DNA of 64,000 nucleotides from assembly GCA_003327455.1 (NCBI GenBank), contig QOQU01000002.1:231963-295962 (forward strand), given 5' to 3'. Origin of the DNA: Anaerolineae bacterium (GTDB taxonomy: Bacteria > Chloroflexota > Anaerolineae > Anaerolineales > UBA4823). The translations under genes were made by a program, and so were the position numbers. Below are positions 20,741 through 30,661 of this stretch, in pieces. The stretch's first letter is position 1; every line of letters starts with the position of its first letter. The notes under the pieces were generated by a model. The model had not been told where the DNA came from and did not search any database. It saw only the letters and a program-made list of their open reading frames with translations.

Positions 20741-21649
20741 TTATTGAAAAAATACCTTCCGAGGTTGCCACTCACCCGTTTCAGCATCATACTCAAGGAG
20801 TGCAACCAGATCGCCTTGTTGACTTACACCGCGTGCCCAGCCTTTTTCGTTGGGTTCGCCGGGAATACGATGTCCATGCCGCACGAGTTCAACCTGGTCA
20901 GCATCCAATTCGACCATCGGCCATTCTGCCAGAGCTTCGGCAGCTGGAATTAAGTAACGATACCAAGTGCCGGTTTCAAATGATTCCTGCAATTTTCGTA
21001 AGGGGATAGCATCTCGAAGCGTGAATTTACCGCTCTTTGTGCGCCTCAAGCCGATAAGATGCGCCCCGCAACCCAATTCTTTGCCGAGATCGTTTGCCAA
21101 CGACCGGACATAAGTTCCCGATGAGCAATAAACGTCAATGACCACTTCAGGGGGAGCCCATTCCAGCACTTCCAGATGATAGACCTGAATAATTCTCGGC
21201 GTTAACTCGACCTCTTCACCCTCTCTTGCCAGATCATAGGCTTTTTTACCCTTGACCTTAACAGCCGAATAAGGAGGAGGCACCTGTTCGATTTCACCGA
21301 CAAATTTTTGTAACACACGATTGAATTCTTCTTCGCTAATATTCTCCCACGCATTGGTTTCAGTGACTGAGCCTTCAGAGTCGTAGGTGTCAGTGGAACT
21401 TCCCAATCGAATGGTAGCTTGATACCGTTTGTCAGACGCAGCCACATATTCGCTCAATCGCACGGCAGGTCCTATTAAGACGACCAGGACTCCCGAAGCG
21501 CGCGGATCGAGTGTTCCCGTATGACCCGCTCGCCGAATTCCCGTCCCTCTCCGGATGATTTGGACAACATCATGCGAAGTCAACCCAATTGGTTTATCAA
21601 CAACCAATACTCCAGAGACAATATTTTTAATGTTTTGATCTGAATTCAT
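20741..21649 (-). CDS. truB: tRNA pseudouridine(55) synthase
   Basis: Contains GVLVVDKPIGLTSHDVV, the catalytic-Asp motif GHTGTLDPRASG, and a PUA-like C-terminus. Confidence 0.93.
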   Translation of the reverse strand: MNSDQNIKNIVSGVLVVDKPIGLTSHDVVQIIRRGTGIRRAGHTGTLDPRASGVLVVLIGPAVRLSEYVAASDKRYQATIRLGSSTDTYDSEGSVTETNAWENISEEEFNRVLQKFVGEIEQVPPPYSAVKVKGKKAYDLAREGEEVELTPRIIQVYHLEVLEWAPPEVVIDVYCSSGTYVRSLANDLGKELGCGAHLIGLRRTKSGKFTLRDAIPLRKLQESFETGTWYRYLIPAAEALAEWPMVELDADQVELVRHGHRIPGEPNEKGWARGVSQQGDLVALLEYDAETGEWQPRKVFFQ

Positions 21650-22644
21650 AGTCTCACCCTGTGTTCCTTAGAATTTTCAGAATGCTTTTGATTTTCCTTT
21701 AAGTGTAGATAGGTTTTTTCAAGAACAATTTCGGAAAGATTTTGAATATCTCCGCTCAGTTCTGCACCAGCAGCAGCCGGATGACCGCCACCTCCAAACT
21801 CAGAAGCGACCTGAGAGACATCTACACCAGGAATCGCTCGCCAGCTTATCTTCACCTTTCCATTTGGTTGTTCAACAAAGACGATACTAATTTTTACATC
21901 TTCGATCGCGGTCAATAGATTGATCATATCCGCGTCGTCTTTACCTGCATAACCAGCCATTTGCCGATCCTGGTTTGTCAAGACAGTCCAGATAATACCA
22001 TCTCTCCGTTGCAATCGAGATAGTCCGCTTCCCCACATTTTTACCGCTTCAAAGGGTTTTTGGTAAACATTCCGCGCGTAAAGCTCAGGGAGGTTTGCCC
22101 CGCTGTCCATTAATTCCGCGGCCAGTCTGAGCACTGAGGAGCGCATATTATAGGTTCGAAAACCGATGGTGTCCGTTAAGATACCCATCAAGAGGGCATT
22201 TGCTACCGCTTTACTAATTTTGAAACCCCAACCCTCCAGATTGGTTGCTATGATTTCAGCCGTAGCAACTGCTTCGGGTTCGATCAGGTTGATTTGAGCA
22301 TAACCGGTATTCGTGACGTGATGATCAATATTGATATTCCACATATCCAGCTCTTGACCAAATCTCCCCAGCCTGGACCTGTCGGAACAATCCAAAGCAA
22401 TCGCTAACTCAAAGTCTGCTTGAATCGTCCTTTGGATCATCTCCGAACCAGCCAGGTGCTGAAATTGAACGGGGACATGATCATCAAGAACCATCTGGAC
22501 AGATTTTCCCGCTTCCAATAAAGCCAGACCCAACCCCAGGAGGGAGCCAATTGCATCGCCATCAGGACGAATATGGGTTACCAATAACAAACGCTCAGAA
22601 TCTTGCAGTGCCTCACCAATCAGAGTACGTGGATGTCTGCTCAT
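21646..22644 (-). CDS. nrnA: DHH/DHHA1-family phosphoesterase (NrnA-like oligoribonuclease / pAp phosphatase)
   Basis: Contains the motifs HIRPDGDAIGS, DHH (NIDHHVTN) and GGGHPAAAG. It sits in the conserved position between rbfA and truB. Confidence 0.85.
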   Translation of the reverse strand: MSRHPRTLIGEALQDSERLLLVTHIRPDGDAIGSLLGLGLALLEAGKSVQMVLDDHVPVQFQHLAGSEMIQRTIQADFELAIALDCSDRSRLGRFGQELDMWNINIDHHVTNTGYAQINLIEPEAVATAEIIATNLEGWGFKISKAVANALLMGILTDTIGFRTYNMRSSVLRLAAELMDSGANLPELYARNVYQKPFEAVKMWGSGLSRLQRRDGIIWTVLTNQDRQMAGYAGKDDADMINLLTAIEDVKISIVFVEQPNGKVKISWRAIPGVDVSQVASEFGGGGHPAAAGAELSGDIQNLSEIVLEKTYLHLKENQKHSENSKEHRVRL

Positions 22645-23030
22645 CGGTCTTCCTGTTCTTTTGTCTCCTTATCCAAAGGCTTGGACTCCTCTCTCAAGGA
22701 TGCCAGTAACCTTTCAATGCGCTCAGCTCTTTCTGGAGTTGGATCCCAATGAAACCGTAGTTTTGGGAAAACTCGCAACTCAACTGAGCGAGCAAGTTCA
22801 CGACGAAGAAATCCCTGAGCATGTTCCAAACCCTCAAGGATTTCTTTTGCTCGCTCCTGTCCCTCAATGGCAGAGACATAGATATCTGCGTAAGCCAACT
22901 CGCGATCAATCCGCACATCCGTCACGTAAACACCCGTCAATCGGGGATCGGATACGCTGTGTAGCAATAACTCCGCCAACTCTTCTTTTACCCGTTCAAC
23001 GATTCGTTCCAAGCGTATCTTCGATACCAC
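22641..23030 (-). CDS. rbfA: Ribosome-binding factor A
   Basis: RLERIVERVKEELAELL...DPRL..V.VTDVRIDRELAYADIYVS is an RbfA-like sequence. The gene follows infB. Confidence 0.9.
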   Translation of the reverse strand: MVSKIRLERIVERVKEELAELLLHSVSDPRLTGVYVTDVRIDRELAYADIYVSAIEGQERAKEILEGLEHAQGFLRRELARSVELRVFPKLRFHWDPTPERAERIERLLASLREESKPLDKETKEQEDR

Positions 23031-23041
23031 TGAAACCTCAC

Positions 23042-24850
23042 CTATAACACATCCTTACTTGCCTGAGCTTTTTCAATAATGAAACACTCAAGCACATCAC
23101 CAACTTGAAAAGCATCAAAGCCCTTGATGGCAATTCCGCATTCAAATCCTTGCTTGACTTCTCGCACATCTTCGGTTAGATGCTTCAAGGACGACACCGC
23201 CCCCTCTCCGACGGTTTCACCGTTTCTTATTACCCGAATACGCCCATTGCGGCGGATTTCTCCGTCCCGGACATAACATCCTGCAACATTCCCGACTTTT
23301 GAGATGCGAAATATCGCTCGCACTTCTGCATGGCCAAGGATTTTTTCCTTCTCCTCCGGTTCTAACATACCCTTCAGGGCTTTTTCGACATCTTCCGTCA
23401 AGCGATATATAATATCATAAAGTCGGATAGATACACCCTCCGATTCGGCCATATTTCGTGCTGCAACATCTGCTTGAACATTAAACCCAATGATGACAGC
23501 ATTGGACGCCGCCGCTAACATGACATCATTCTCGCTGATATTTCCCGTTTCAGCATGAAGAATGTTAACCGCAATTTCACCTTTACTGAGTTCCTTCAAC
23601 GAATTGACAATGGGCTCCAAAGAACCTTGCACATCCGCTTTAATGATCAAGCGTAATTCGTGCACTTCTCCAGATTTATAACGATCGAACAGTTGCTCTA
23701 ATGAAACCGCTTTTTTCACCGCTGCTTCAGATTGCTTAGAACTCTGCAGGCGCTCCATAACAATATTGCGGGCTTCTCGCTCCGATTCAACCACCTCGAA
23801 CATTTCCCCTGCTTGGGGTACATCATTCAATCCCATGACAGATACCGGAGTCGAAGGGGTCGCTTTGCGAACTTTCTTGCCGGTAAAATCGAACATTGCT
23901 TTGATCCGTCCGTAAGCAGTTCCTGCCAGAACAACATCACCAACCTCTAAGGTGCCATTTTGAACTAACAATGTGGCTAACACACCTTTCGCTCGGTCGA
24001 CTTTTGCTTCAATGACCGTACCGATCACTTTGCCCTTCGGATTGGCGTGAATGTCCATGTTGTCCGCAATCAATAAGATCGCTTCCAACAAATCATCTAA
24101 CCCCTTTTTCTGTTTGGCTGAGATCGGCACCACAATCGTATCCCCATCCCAGTCATCGGGGACCAATCCGATTTCAGCCAGTTGTTGCTTCACCCGGGCT
24201 ATATCTGCATTGGGCTTATCGATTTTATTAATTGCCACCAGAATTGGAACATGAGCGGCTTTTGCGTGAGCTGCTGCCTCTTTGGTCTGCGGCATCACGC
24301 CATCATCTGCAGCGACAACCAATACAACCAGGTCAGCTCCCTGCGCACCTCTTGCCCTCATTGCCGTAAATGCAGCATGTCCTGGGGTATCTAAAAATGT
24401 AATTAACCGCCCGTTATGCTCGACCTGATAAGCGCCTATGTGTTGCGTTATACCTCCGGCTTCCCCTTCCGCCACGTTGGTGTGCCGGATCGCATCCAGT
24501 AAGGTAGTTTTTCCATGGTCGACATGCCCCAGAATGGTCACAACTGGAGGACGCCGCACAAGCTGGCTGGGGTCTTCCGCCATGATAATCCGTCGCCATA
24601 GCGGGATCTCCCCAAAGTCTTCTTTTTTCTCACTCTCATCCGCTTCCAAAGTGGCTTCATAGCCCATCTCTGCAGCCACGATCGCGGCTGTATCGAAATC
24701 GATTTGCTGGTTAATATTTGCCATGACACCATTGGCCATTAATTTCTTAATAATGTCAATTGGGCTGGTATCGATTGCCTTAGCCAGGTCTCGAATGGTA
24801 ATGGTGGCCGGCAATTCAATCTGTTTCACGCTCTGCCCATTATTGCTCAT
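23042..24850 (-). CDS. infB: Translation initiation factor IF-2
   Basis: Contains the G-domain motifs [17 protein letters not shown] and NKID, plus the C-terminal IF-2 domains. A GGAGGTG Shine-Dalgarno precedes ATG 24850. Confidence 0.95.
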   Translation of the reverse strand: MSNNGQSVKQIELPATITIRDLAKAIDTSPIDIIKKLMANGVMANINQQIDFDTAAIVAAEMGYEATLEADESEKKEDFGEIPLWRRIIMAEDPSQLVRRPPVVTILGHVDHGKTTLLDAIRHTNVAEGEAGGITQHIGAYQVEHNGRLITFLDTPGHAAFTAMRARGAQGADLVVLVVAADDGVMPQTKEAAAHAKAAHVPILVAINKIDKPNADIARVKQQLAEIGLVPDDWDGDTIVVPISAKQKKGLDDLLEAILLIADNMDIHANPKGKVIGTVIEAKVDRAKGVLATLLVQNGTLEVGDVVLAGTAYGRIKAMFDFTGKKVRKATPSTPVSVMGLNDVPQAGEMFEVVESEREARNIVMERLQSSKQSEAAVKKAVSLEQLFDRYKSGEVHELRLIIKADVQGSLEPIVNSLKELSKGEIAVNILHAETGNISENDVMLAAASNAVIIGFNVQADVAARNMAESEGVSIRLYDIIYRLTEDVEKALKGMLEPEEKEKILGHAEVRAIFRISKVGNVAGCYVRDGEIRRNGRIRVIRNGETVGEGAVSSLKHLTEDVREVKQGFECGIAIKGFDAFQVGDVLECFIIEKAQASKDVL

Positions 24851-24939
24851 AATACACCTCCTTTGAGAGGACACTGGATAGCGGCGAGAAGGCAGGCGTA
24901 AAAAAGAAAATAAGCTTGATCTATTCGATCATTTTATTT

Positions 24940-25224
24940 CTATTGAGGTAAAGATCTCGCAAACGCCAGTAATTTTTCTTGCTCTTCCGCCGTTAATTGG
25001 ACTTTCAATGCTTTTGCCAGGCTACCTTTGAGGGCATTTTCCCAACAGGATTTTTGATCATGAAGATACGCTCCTCGGCCTGGCTTTTTTCCACTCAAGT
25101 CCACTTCGACGCCATCGGGTCCTCTCACAATACGAATCAAGGATCTCTTCGGTTGGACCTCCCGACAACCCACACATGTTCGATACGGGATATGCTTCGG
25201 TTTGGAAGGTTTTTTTGCCATCAT
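24940..25224 (-). CDS. ylxR: YlxR/RnpM-family (DUF448) RNA-binding protein
   Basis: Contains RTCVGCREVQPKRSLIRIV...GRGAYLH. It sits in the conserved nusA-ylxR-infB position. Confidence 0.88.
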   Translation of the reverse strand: MMAKKPSKPKHIPYRTCVGCREVQPKRSLIRIVRGPDGVEVDLSGKKPGRGAYLHDQKSCWENALKGSLAKALKVQLTAEEQEKLLAFARSLPQ

Positions 25225-25235
25225 AACAGATTTCG

Positions 25236-27218
25236 TTAAAGATTCCAGTCATCCTCCCAGTCCAATCCGCCGCGTTTGCGTTTCTTTTTGGCAACCGTGG
25301 CAGCCTGGTCTGGATCATACTCATATTCTACATATTTTTTCTTTTTCTTCTTCTTTTTCTTATCCGTCTCAGCTTCCTCGTCATCCTCTTCAGAAACCAA
25401 CGAGTAGTCAATCTCGATTTGATCGGGAGACCACTTGAATATTTCTTCTAAGGTTGGTTCCTGACTTTCCTCTGCCGCTTCTTCCTGCTCGATCTCTTTT
25501 TCCTCAACCGATGCAATCTCAGCAACCGCATCCACTGCACTACTCGCCTCAACCATAGCAGGTTGTTGGACTTCTAACTCATCGCCTAATTCGGCTTCCT
25601 GTACTTCTCCAGCGGCTTCTGCGGCCTCAACAACAACCTCCGTTCGTTCCCGGTCCTCCGCCCTTTCTTCAACGGTCGTTGGCTCTTGCTCAACCATTTC
25701 TTCTTCAGCGGTTTCGGCTTTCGGCAAGGAGAAATTCGCCAATGCTTCTTCGATTGCCGCCATGGCTTTGGCGCCAATTCCTTCCAGAGCTAAGATTTTA
25801 TTCGGATCAAGCTTTAGTTGTAACATCAAATCACCGACCGAGAGATACCCGGCCCCGTTGAGGAGTGTTGTGTATCGAAGCGGTAAGCCAATATCTTCTA
25901 AGGGTATCTCAAAAGCTTCATCCGGAATGTTGGCAGCCGCGATAATCTGTTTCTCTTCATCTGCACGTAAGACCCCTTCTCGTTGTCTCAGAATACCTCT
26001 TTCCACTCGATCGACAAACTGACTCATCAATTGGTATTCCTCTGGAGTAACCGGTCGACCTTCTGCTTTTTTGTTCAAGATTTGCTCAATTTGCGGGATT
26101 ACATCTTTCTCCAGTTCAGCAAAGGTTGCATATTCTGGATCTTTCTGGATTTTATTCAGGGCATCAATGGCAGCTTCCGGCAAGCTCTTGATATCGATCC
26201 GCCAGGAAGTCAGGCGAGCTGCCAACCGTGCGTTTTGACCATCGCGGCCGATTGCAAGGCTAAGCTGATCTTCAGGAACCACAACAGTTGCTGTCTTTGT
26301 TCCCTTCCCACGATTGCTCAGGTAGACGCCGGTAACCCTGGCGGGACTCAAAGCTTTGGCAATATAAATCGCCGGATCTGGATTCCATTCAATAACATCA
26401 ATTTTCTCGTCGTTTAATTCTCGGACAATCGCCTGAATGCGCACCCCTCGCATTCCAACACACGCCCCAACCGGATCAACTCCCGCCTGCAAGGCTGCTA
26501 CCGCAACTTTTGATCGTTGTCCTGGCTCGCGAGCAATCGAACGAATCTCAACCATTCCATGATAAATCTCGGGGACTTCGTTTTCCAGTAATCGACGCAA
26601 GAAATTACGGTGAGCTCGTGAAAGAATGATCTGTGGGCCTTTGCCACTGTCCTTTACTTCCAACAACAAAGCCCGGATGCGCTCATGGACACGATATCGC
26701 TCACCTGGAATCATTTCTTTACGTGGCATGATCCCTTCGGCTTTCATCTCCAGACCCAAAGTCAAGCCATTCTGCGTAATGGCCTGGATCATCCCACTCA
26801 CAATTTCCCCTACCTGGCGCTTGAAGTATTGTAATTGAGCTTCACGCTCGGCTTCTCTAATCCTTTGTTGAATCACCTGACGAGCTGTTTGCGCTGCAAC
26901 CCGACCGAAGTCCTTTGGTGTGCTTTCGACAATGATCATCCCACCAATCTTGGCATTCGGATCGATTTTCAGCGCTTCCTCTAAAGAGACCTCAGTGCGG
27001 GGGTCCTGGACCGTTTCCACAATTTCCTTTTCAGCGTAAATCGTAACGCGCCCCGTCTGCAAGTCAATCTTGGCTTCAATGTGTTGAGCATTCGAGGCGT
27101 TTTCGGCTTTGCGATATGCCGAAACCATTGCATACTCCAATGCGCCCATAATAATATCTTTGGGTAACTGCTTTTCTTCTAAAAGCTCATTGAAAGCCAA
27201 AACAAACTCATTCTTCAT
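25236..27218 (-). CDS. nusA: Transcription termination/antitermination factor NusA with long acidic/lysine-rich C-terminal extension
   Basis: The N-terminal domain, S1 and two KH domains occupy residues ~1-345. One helix-hairpin-helix module follows (LEGIGAKAMAAIEEAL). The last ~160 aa form a Glu/Ala/Val-rich tail that contains a K9 run. Confidence 0.93.
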   Translation of the reverse strand: MKNEFVLAFNELLEEKQLPKDIIMGALEYAMVSAYRKAENASNAQHIEAKIDLQTGRVTIYAEKEIVETVQDPRTEVSLEEALKIDPNAKIGGMIIVESTPKDFGRVAAQTARQVIQQRIREAEREAQLQYFKRQVGEIVSGMIQAITQNGLTLGLEMKAEGIMPRKEMIPGERYRVHERIRALLLEVKDSGKGPQIILSRAHRNFLRRLLENEVPEIYHGMVEIRSIAREPGQRSKVAVAALQAGVDPVGACVGMRGVRIQAIVRELNDEKIDVIEWNPDPAIYIAKALSPARVTGVYLSNRGKGTKTATVVVPEDQLSLAIGRDGQNARLAARLTSWRIDIKSLPEAAIDALNKIQKDPEYATFAELEKDVIPQIEQILNKKAEGRPVTPEEYQLMSQFVDRVERGILRQREGVLRADEEKQIIAAANIPDEAFEIPLEDIGLPLRYTTLLNGAGYLSVGDLMLQLKLDPNKILALEGIGAKAMAAIEEALANFSLPKAETAEEEMVEQEPTTVEERAEDRERTEVVVEAAEAAGEVQEAELGDELEVQQPAMVEASSAVDAVAEIASVEEKEIEQEEAAEESQEPTLEEIFKWSPDQIEIDYSLVSEEDDEEAETDKKKKKKKKKYVEYEYDPDQAATVAKKKRKRGGLDWEDDWNL

Positions 27219-27272
27219 TTCTTTCCGTACTCCGTGTAGAACAACAAAAACCTATCTCCTTAGTTACAAGAA

Positions 27273-27297
27273 GAAAAGTGGGGGAAGCCCACTTTTC
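27273..27297 (-). terminator. Hairpin terminator downstream of the GNAT gene
   Basis: A 10-bp stem pairs GAAAAGTGGG with CCCACTTTTC around a 5-nt loop. On the minus strand it is followed by TTCTTGT. Confidence 0.5.
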
Positions 27298-27337
27298 AGC
27301 AACAACGTATCATGACCCGCTAACGAGTGTCAATATT

Positions 27338-27889
27338 CTACCATGATGTCTTAACTTCCGCAAGGGATTTTTCCCTCGCTAAACACTTCTCCATTCGATA
27401 AGAAGGATCAATGATCACCTGTTGAATTCCCCGATGATCGACATACCTCCATTCACCTTTCTCCTCTGCGACAACAGAGTATCCGCGATGTTCGTAAAAT
27501 TGACGAGCAAGGTCATTATCCTTCGAAACTTTCAATGTTGTCCACTCGAACCCCCGTTTCAATAAATCCAATTCGACGAAATTCAATAATTTTGTCCCCC
27601 ATCCTTTTCGTTGGAAATTCGGCTTAACCCGAAATGAAAATAGATAGGCTCTCCTAAAACCATCGGCTAAACTCTTGTTTTGGCTGTCAAGCTGAACAAA
27701 TAATTGACCGATAATCCCATCCGTAGGGATATCAATAACCCACGGTAAAGTTCGACCCATCTGATATTGTTCATAAACCTCTCGATAAACGCGGCGAAAA
27801 TGAATATATTCTCCTTCCCACTCGAGTGCAGGCAAATCGGAGATTTTGAGCAGACGAATATAATTATTTTGATTCATGATCTCACGCAA
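27338..27889 (-). CDS. GNAT-family N-acetyltransferase
   Basis: Contains the acetyl-CoA-binding motif A, FRVKPNFQRKGWGTKLLNFVE. The start could instead be 27877 (MNQNN). Confidence 0.8.
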   Translation of the reverse strand: MREIMNQNNYIRLLKISDLPALEWEGEYIHFRRVYREVYEQYQMGRTLPWVIDIPTDGIIGQLFVQLDSQNKSLADGFRRAYLFSFRVKPNFQRKGWGTKLLNFVELDLLKRGFEWTTLKVSKDNDLARQFYEHRGYSVVAEEKGEWRYVDHRGIQQVIIDPSYRMEKCLAREKSLAEVKTSW

Positions 27890-30521
27890 CCGATTTGATC
27901 ATTTCATTCAATAATTCCATCTCTTCCTGGGGGCTCTTAATTCGTCCTTCAATCCAGGCTAATTTTAGCTCGCTTAAGATGCGCCGATATGATGGGCCGG
28001 GAGAAATTCCCATTTGTCTTAATAGACGACCATCCGTAGTACATTTGGTCTTGACCCATTTTGTAAAATAGAACCTGATCAATTCCACTAGATTGCCATT
28101 TTCCTCATCCATAAGCCCTAATCCATAGGCAACGGTAGGATCAACACCCTCTAATTGAGCCATAGCAGTTAATCGATCCATCTCTGAAAACTGCTCTCTT
28201 AATGCCCATATACGGTTTGCGTCTCGTAATTTTCTTCTCAAGGATGACGGCAATTTCAGGCGTTCGATAATTGTAAGGCAACTATCCTGATCTATTCGGC
28301 ATAGTAAGAAAAGATAAAACAGATCTCGGCGGACAACAGCTTCAGTGGGCTTAAGGTCAATACCAAACGTTTGTGGCTCATAAATCCACAAACGCCGACT
28401 GCGATCCCGAATCCATTCATCCCATATTAATTGAGGGTGGATATGTTCGAAAATCCCCAATTCCTGAAGTCGGTCAAGCATGGCCAAAACCTGCTCTTCG
28501 ACAAATATCAAATCAAGTTCATGTCGAATGCGATCCCCCGACACTTTTGATAGAAGACTACGGGCATCCATAATAAGCTGAAGGGTTCGCTCTTCGATCC
28601 GAAAATGAAATCTTTGCTCAAAGCGAATTGCCCGTAATATCCTCGTTGGGTCATCCACAAATGAAAGTGAATGTAAAACCCGAATCAGACCTCGCCGGAG
28701 ATCACTCAACCCTCCCCAATAATCATGCAATTCTCCATAGTGTGTGCCATCTAAACGGATGGCAAGCGTATTGATTGTAAAATCCCTGCGGTGTAAATCC
28801 AGTTTTATACTACTGGGCTCTACGGTTGGCAACGCCGTTGGATGGGTATAAAATTCTGTCCTGGCAGTAACAAAATCCAGTGTTGAAGGAATTTCGTCCA
28901 GGAGTGGGGTTAGTTCTCCACCTTCGATATACTTTTGGTATTCCTGGATGATCCTGGGGTGACTTTTATCAATATACCATTTTGCTGTGCGAAAGCGATC
29001 ATGTTTTGTTACTCTGCCCCCATACCTTGACCGCAATGCTTTAGCAAGGGCAATTGCATCGCCTTCGACAACCAGGTCAAAATCCATACTGGGTTTTTCC
29101 AGGAGCAAATCTCGCACAAATCCACCTACAATATAGAGAGCTAAGCGGTTTTCCACAGCAATTTGGGAGACCAGCTTGATTAATATCACCTGGGAGGAGG
29201 GTAAGATTTTTTCCAGGCGACTGGCAAGATTGACTCTGGAAGGCAAACGACTACCAACCGGGAGAGCTTTAATGACATCCGTCCGCGTCACAATGCCGAT
29301 AATTTTGCCCGCCTCATCGACAACCGGTATTTGCCCCCAGCCGCTAACGGTCATCACCGTCTGAACAGATTCCAGGGATTCTTGCGGAGTCACCGTGACC
29401 TGACCAGCTTCCATGATTTGTCTGGCAGTCAGGTTCAATTTATGAGCAATTGCCCGATCCACTGCTCGTCGGGTCACCAGACCAATAACCTGACCGTTTT
29501 CAACAACCGGATACCCTTCGTGACCATATTTCTGCATCAGAGAAGCAATTTCATGGACTCCCATCTCCGGAGGAACCAGTTGAGGATCACGAGACAAGAT
29601 TTGAGCAACAACAATTGCCGGCGTGATAATTTCTTTGAGATATTCAACCAGTTCGTCCTCTAAGGAGTCAATCGAGCGGTCTCTAACTAAACAGGCAGCT
29701 GCGCGCTCATGCCCTCCCCCGCCAAATTTTTGGGCAACCATGGCGACATCTATATCCTCACTGGTCGATCGAGCAATCAATTGTATTCCGCTCTTCGTTT
29801 GCACAAGAACAAACAGGGCATCAGGTTCCAGAACATCCCGCAACTTATGAGCAATGGTTGAAAGCTCTGCCTCCAGATTCCCAATTTCTGCTTTTGCTAT
29901 GACAATTCGGTGACCGTGGATATTAATTGTCCGATAGTTAGATTGCAACTGATAAAAGATTTTCATCTGCTCATCAGATAGAGGATGAAACAAAAAATTC
30001 GCAAGCACGGACAGGCTTGCGCCTTGTTCCAGTAGAAAGGCAGCGGCCTGCAAATCGCGCGGCGTCGTGCGGGTGTAAGTCAGTGCCCCTGTATCCTCAT
30101 AAATACCCAGTAACAACAATGTCGCTTGAACTGGTGTGAGATGGACTTCTTGACCACGAATTAATTCAATTAGTAGAGTAGTATTTGCTCCTGTAGCCGA
30201 CAGAGTGATATTCCAGTCTGTAGGGATATCTTCCCTTAAGGGATGATGATCGATAACCCGCACTTTGGTTTGCGAGGTTACCCCTTTGATCGTCGTCAGC
30301 GTTTGCGTGTCAACCAGCGTTATGGATTCAATTGGTTCTAAAGGCAGGTCTCGCAACTCCACGAAAGGTAACTCAGCGCCATATAACGTCAAGAAACCAC
30401 GCACATTGCGATTGATTTTGCGAGGTAATACGGGAGTACTATTGGGATCTAAATAATATGCTCCCAACAAAGATGCAATTGCATCAAAATCAGCTACTTC
30501 GTGGGTAAGAATAATTCGCAT
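27882..30521 (-). CDS. DHH/DHHA1 - tandem CBS - class II nucleotidyltransferase (CCA-adding / poly(A) polymerase family) fusion protein
   Basis: - N-terminal DHH module: THEVADFDAIAS, VIDHH, GGGHERAAA.
- Central CBS pair.
- C-terminal head domain: IVGGFVRDLLL..DFDLVVEGDA and RRDFTINTLA.
The likely start is MRIILTHE (ATG 30521), not the track's 30578. Confidence 0.85.
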   Translation of the reverse strand: MRIILTHEVADFDAIASLLGAYYLDPNSTPVLPRKINRNVRGFLTLYGAELPFVELRDLPLEPIESITLVDTQTLTTIKGVTSQTKVRVIDHHPLREDIPTDWNITLSATGANTTLLIELIRGQEVHLTPVQATLLLLGIYEDTGALTYTRTTPRDLQAAAFLLEQGASLSVLANFLFHPLSDEQMKIFYQLQSNYRTINIHGHRIVIAKAEIGNLEAELSTIAHKLRDVLEPDALFVLVQTKSGIQLIARSTSEDIDVAMVAQKFGGGGHERAAACLVRDRSIDSLEDELVEYLKEIITPAIVVAQILSRDPQLVPPEMGVHEIASLMQKYGHEGYPVVENGQVIGLVTRRAVDRAIAHKLNLTARQIMEAGQVTVTPQESLESVQTVMTVSGWGQIPVVDEAGKIIGIVTRTDVIKALPVGSRLPSRVNLASRLEKILPSSQVILIKLVSQIAVENRLALYIVGGFVRDLLLEKPSMDFDLVVEGDAIALAKALRSRYGGRVTKHDRFRTAKWYIDKSHPRIIQEYQKYIEGGELTPLLDEIPSTLDFVTARTEFYTHPTALPTVEPSSIKLDLHRRDFTINTLAIRLDGTHYGELHDYWGGLSDLRRGLIRVLHSLSFVDDPTRILRAIRFEQRFHFRIEERTLQLIMDARSLLSKVSGDRIRHELDLIFVEEQVLAMLDRLQELGIFEHIHPQLIWDEWIRDRSRRLWIYEPQTFGIDLKPTEAVVRRDLFYLFLLCRIDQDSCLTIIERLKLPSSLRRKLRDANRIWALREQFSEMDRLTAMAQLEGVDPTVAYGLGLMDEENGNLVELIRFYFTKWVKTKCTTDGRLLRQMGISPGPSYRRILSELKLAWIEGRIKSPQEEMELLNEMIKSVA

Positions 30522-30529
30522 GATGTTAG

Positions 30530-30538
30530 AGTATAACA
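30530..30538 (-). promoter_or_regulatory. Extended -10 element (TGtTATACT) 8 nt upstream of ATG 30521
   Basis: The minus strand reads cgTGtTATACTctaacatcATG. No Shine-Dalgarno is present, which suggests a leaderless transcript. Confidence 0.35.
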
Positions 30539-30624
30539 CGCACCACATAGATGCGTTCATTCTTTGATAAGAATGCATTTGGAATTCTCATTCACTGTCC
30601 GAATAGGAATTACTATAAGAAAGA

Positions 30625-30653
30625 ATTGACGTCATAATCCAACGACCATATAA
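30625..30653 (+). promoter_or_regulatory. Near-consensus promoter (TTGACG-17-TATAAT) ending 8 nt before the MazG-like ATG
   Basis: The -35 is at 30625-30630 and the -10 at 30648-30653. The sequence ccactttt then leads into ATG 30662, with no Shine-Dalgarno, which suggests a leaderless mRNA. Confidence 0.5.
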
Positions 30654-30661
30654 TCCACTTT

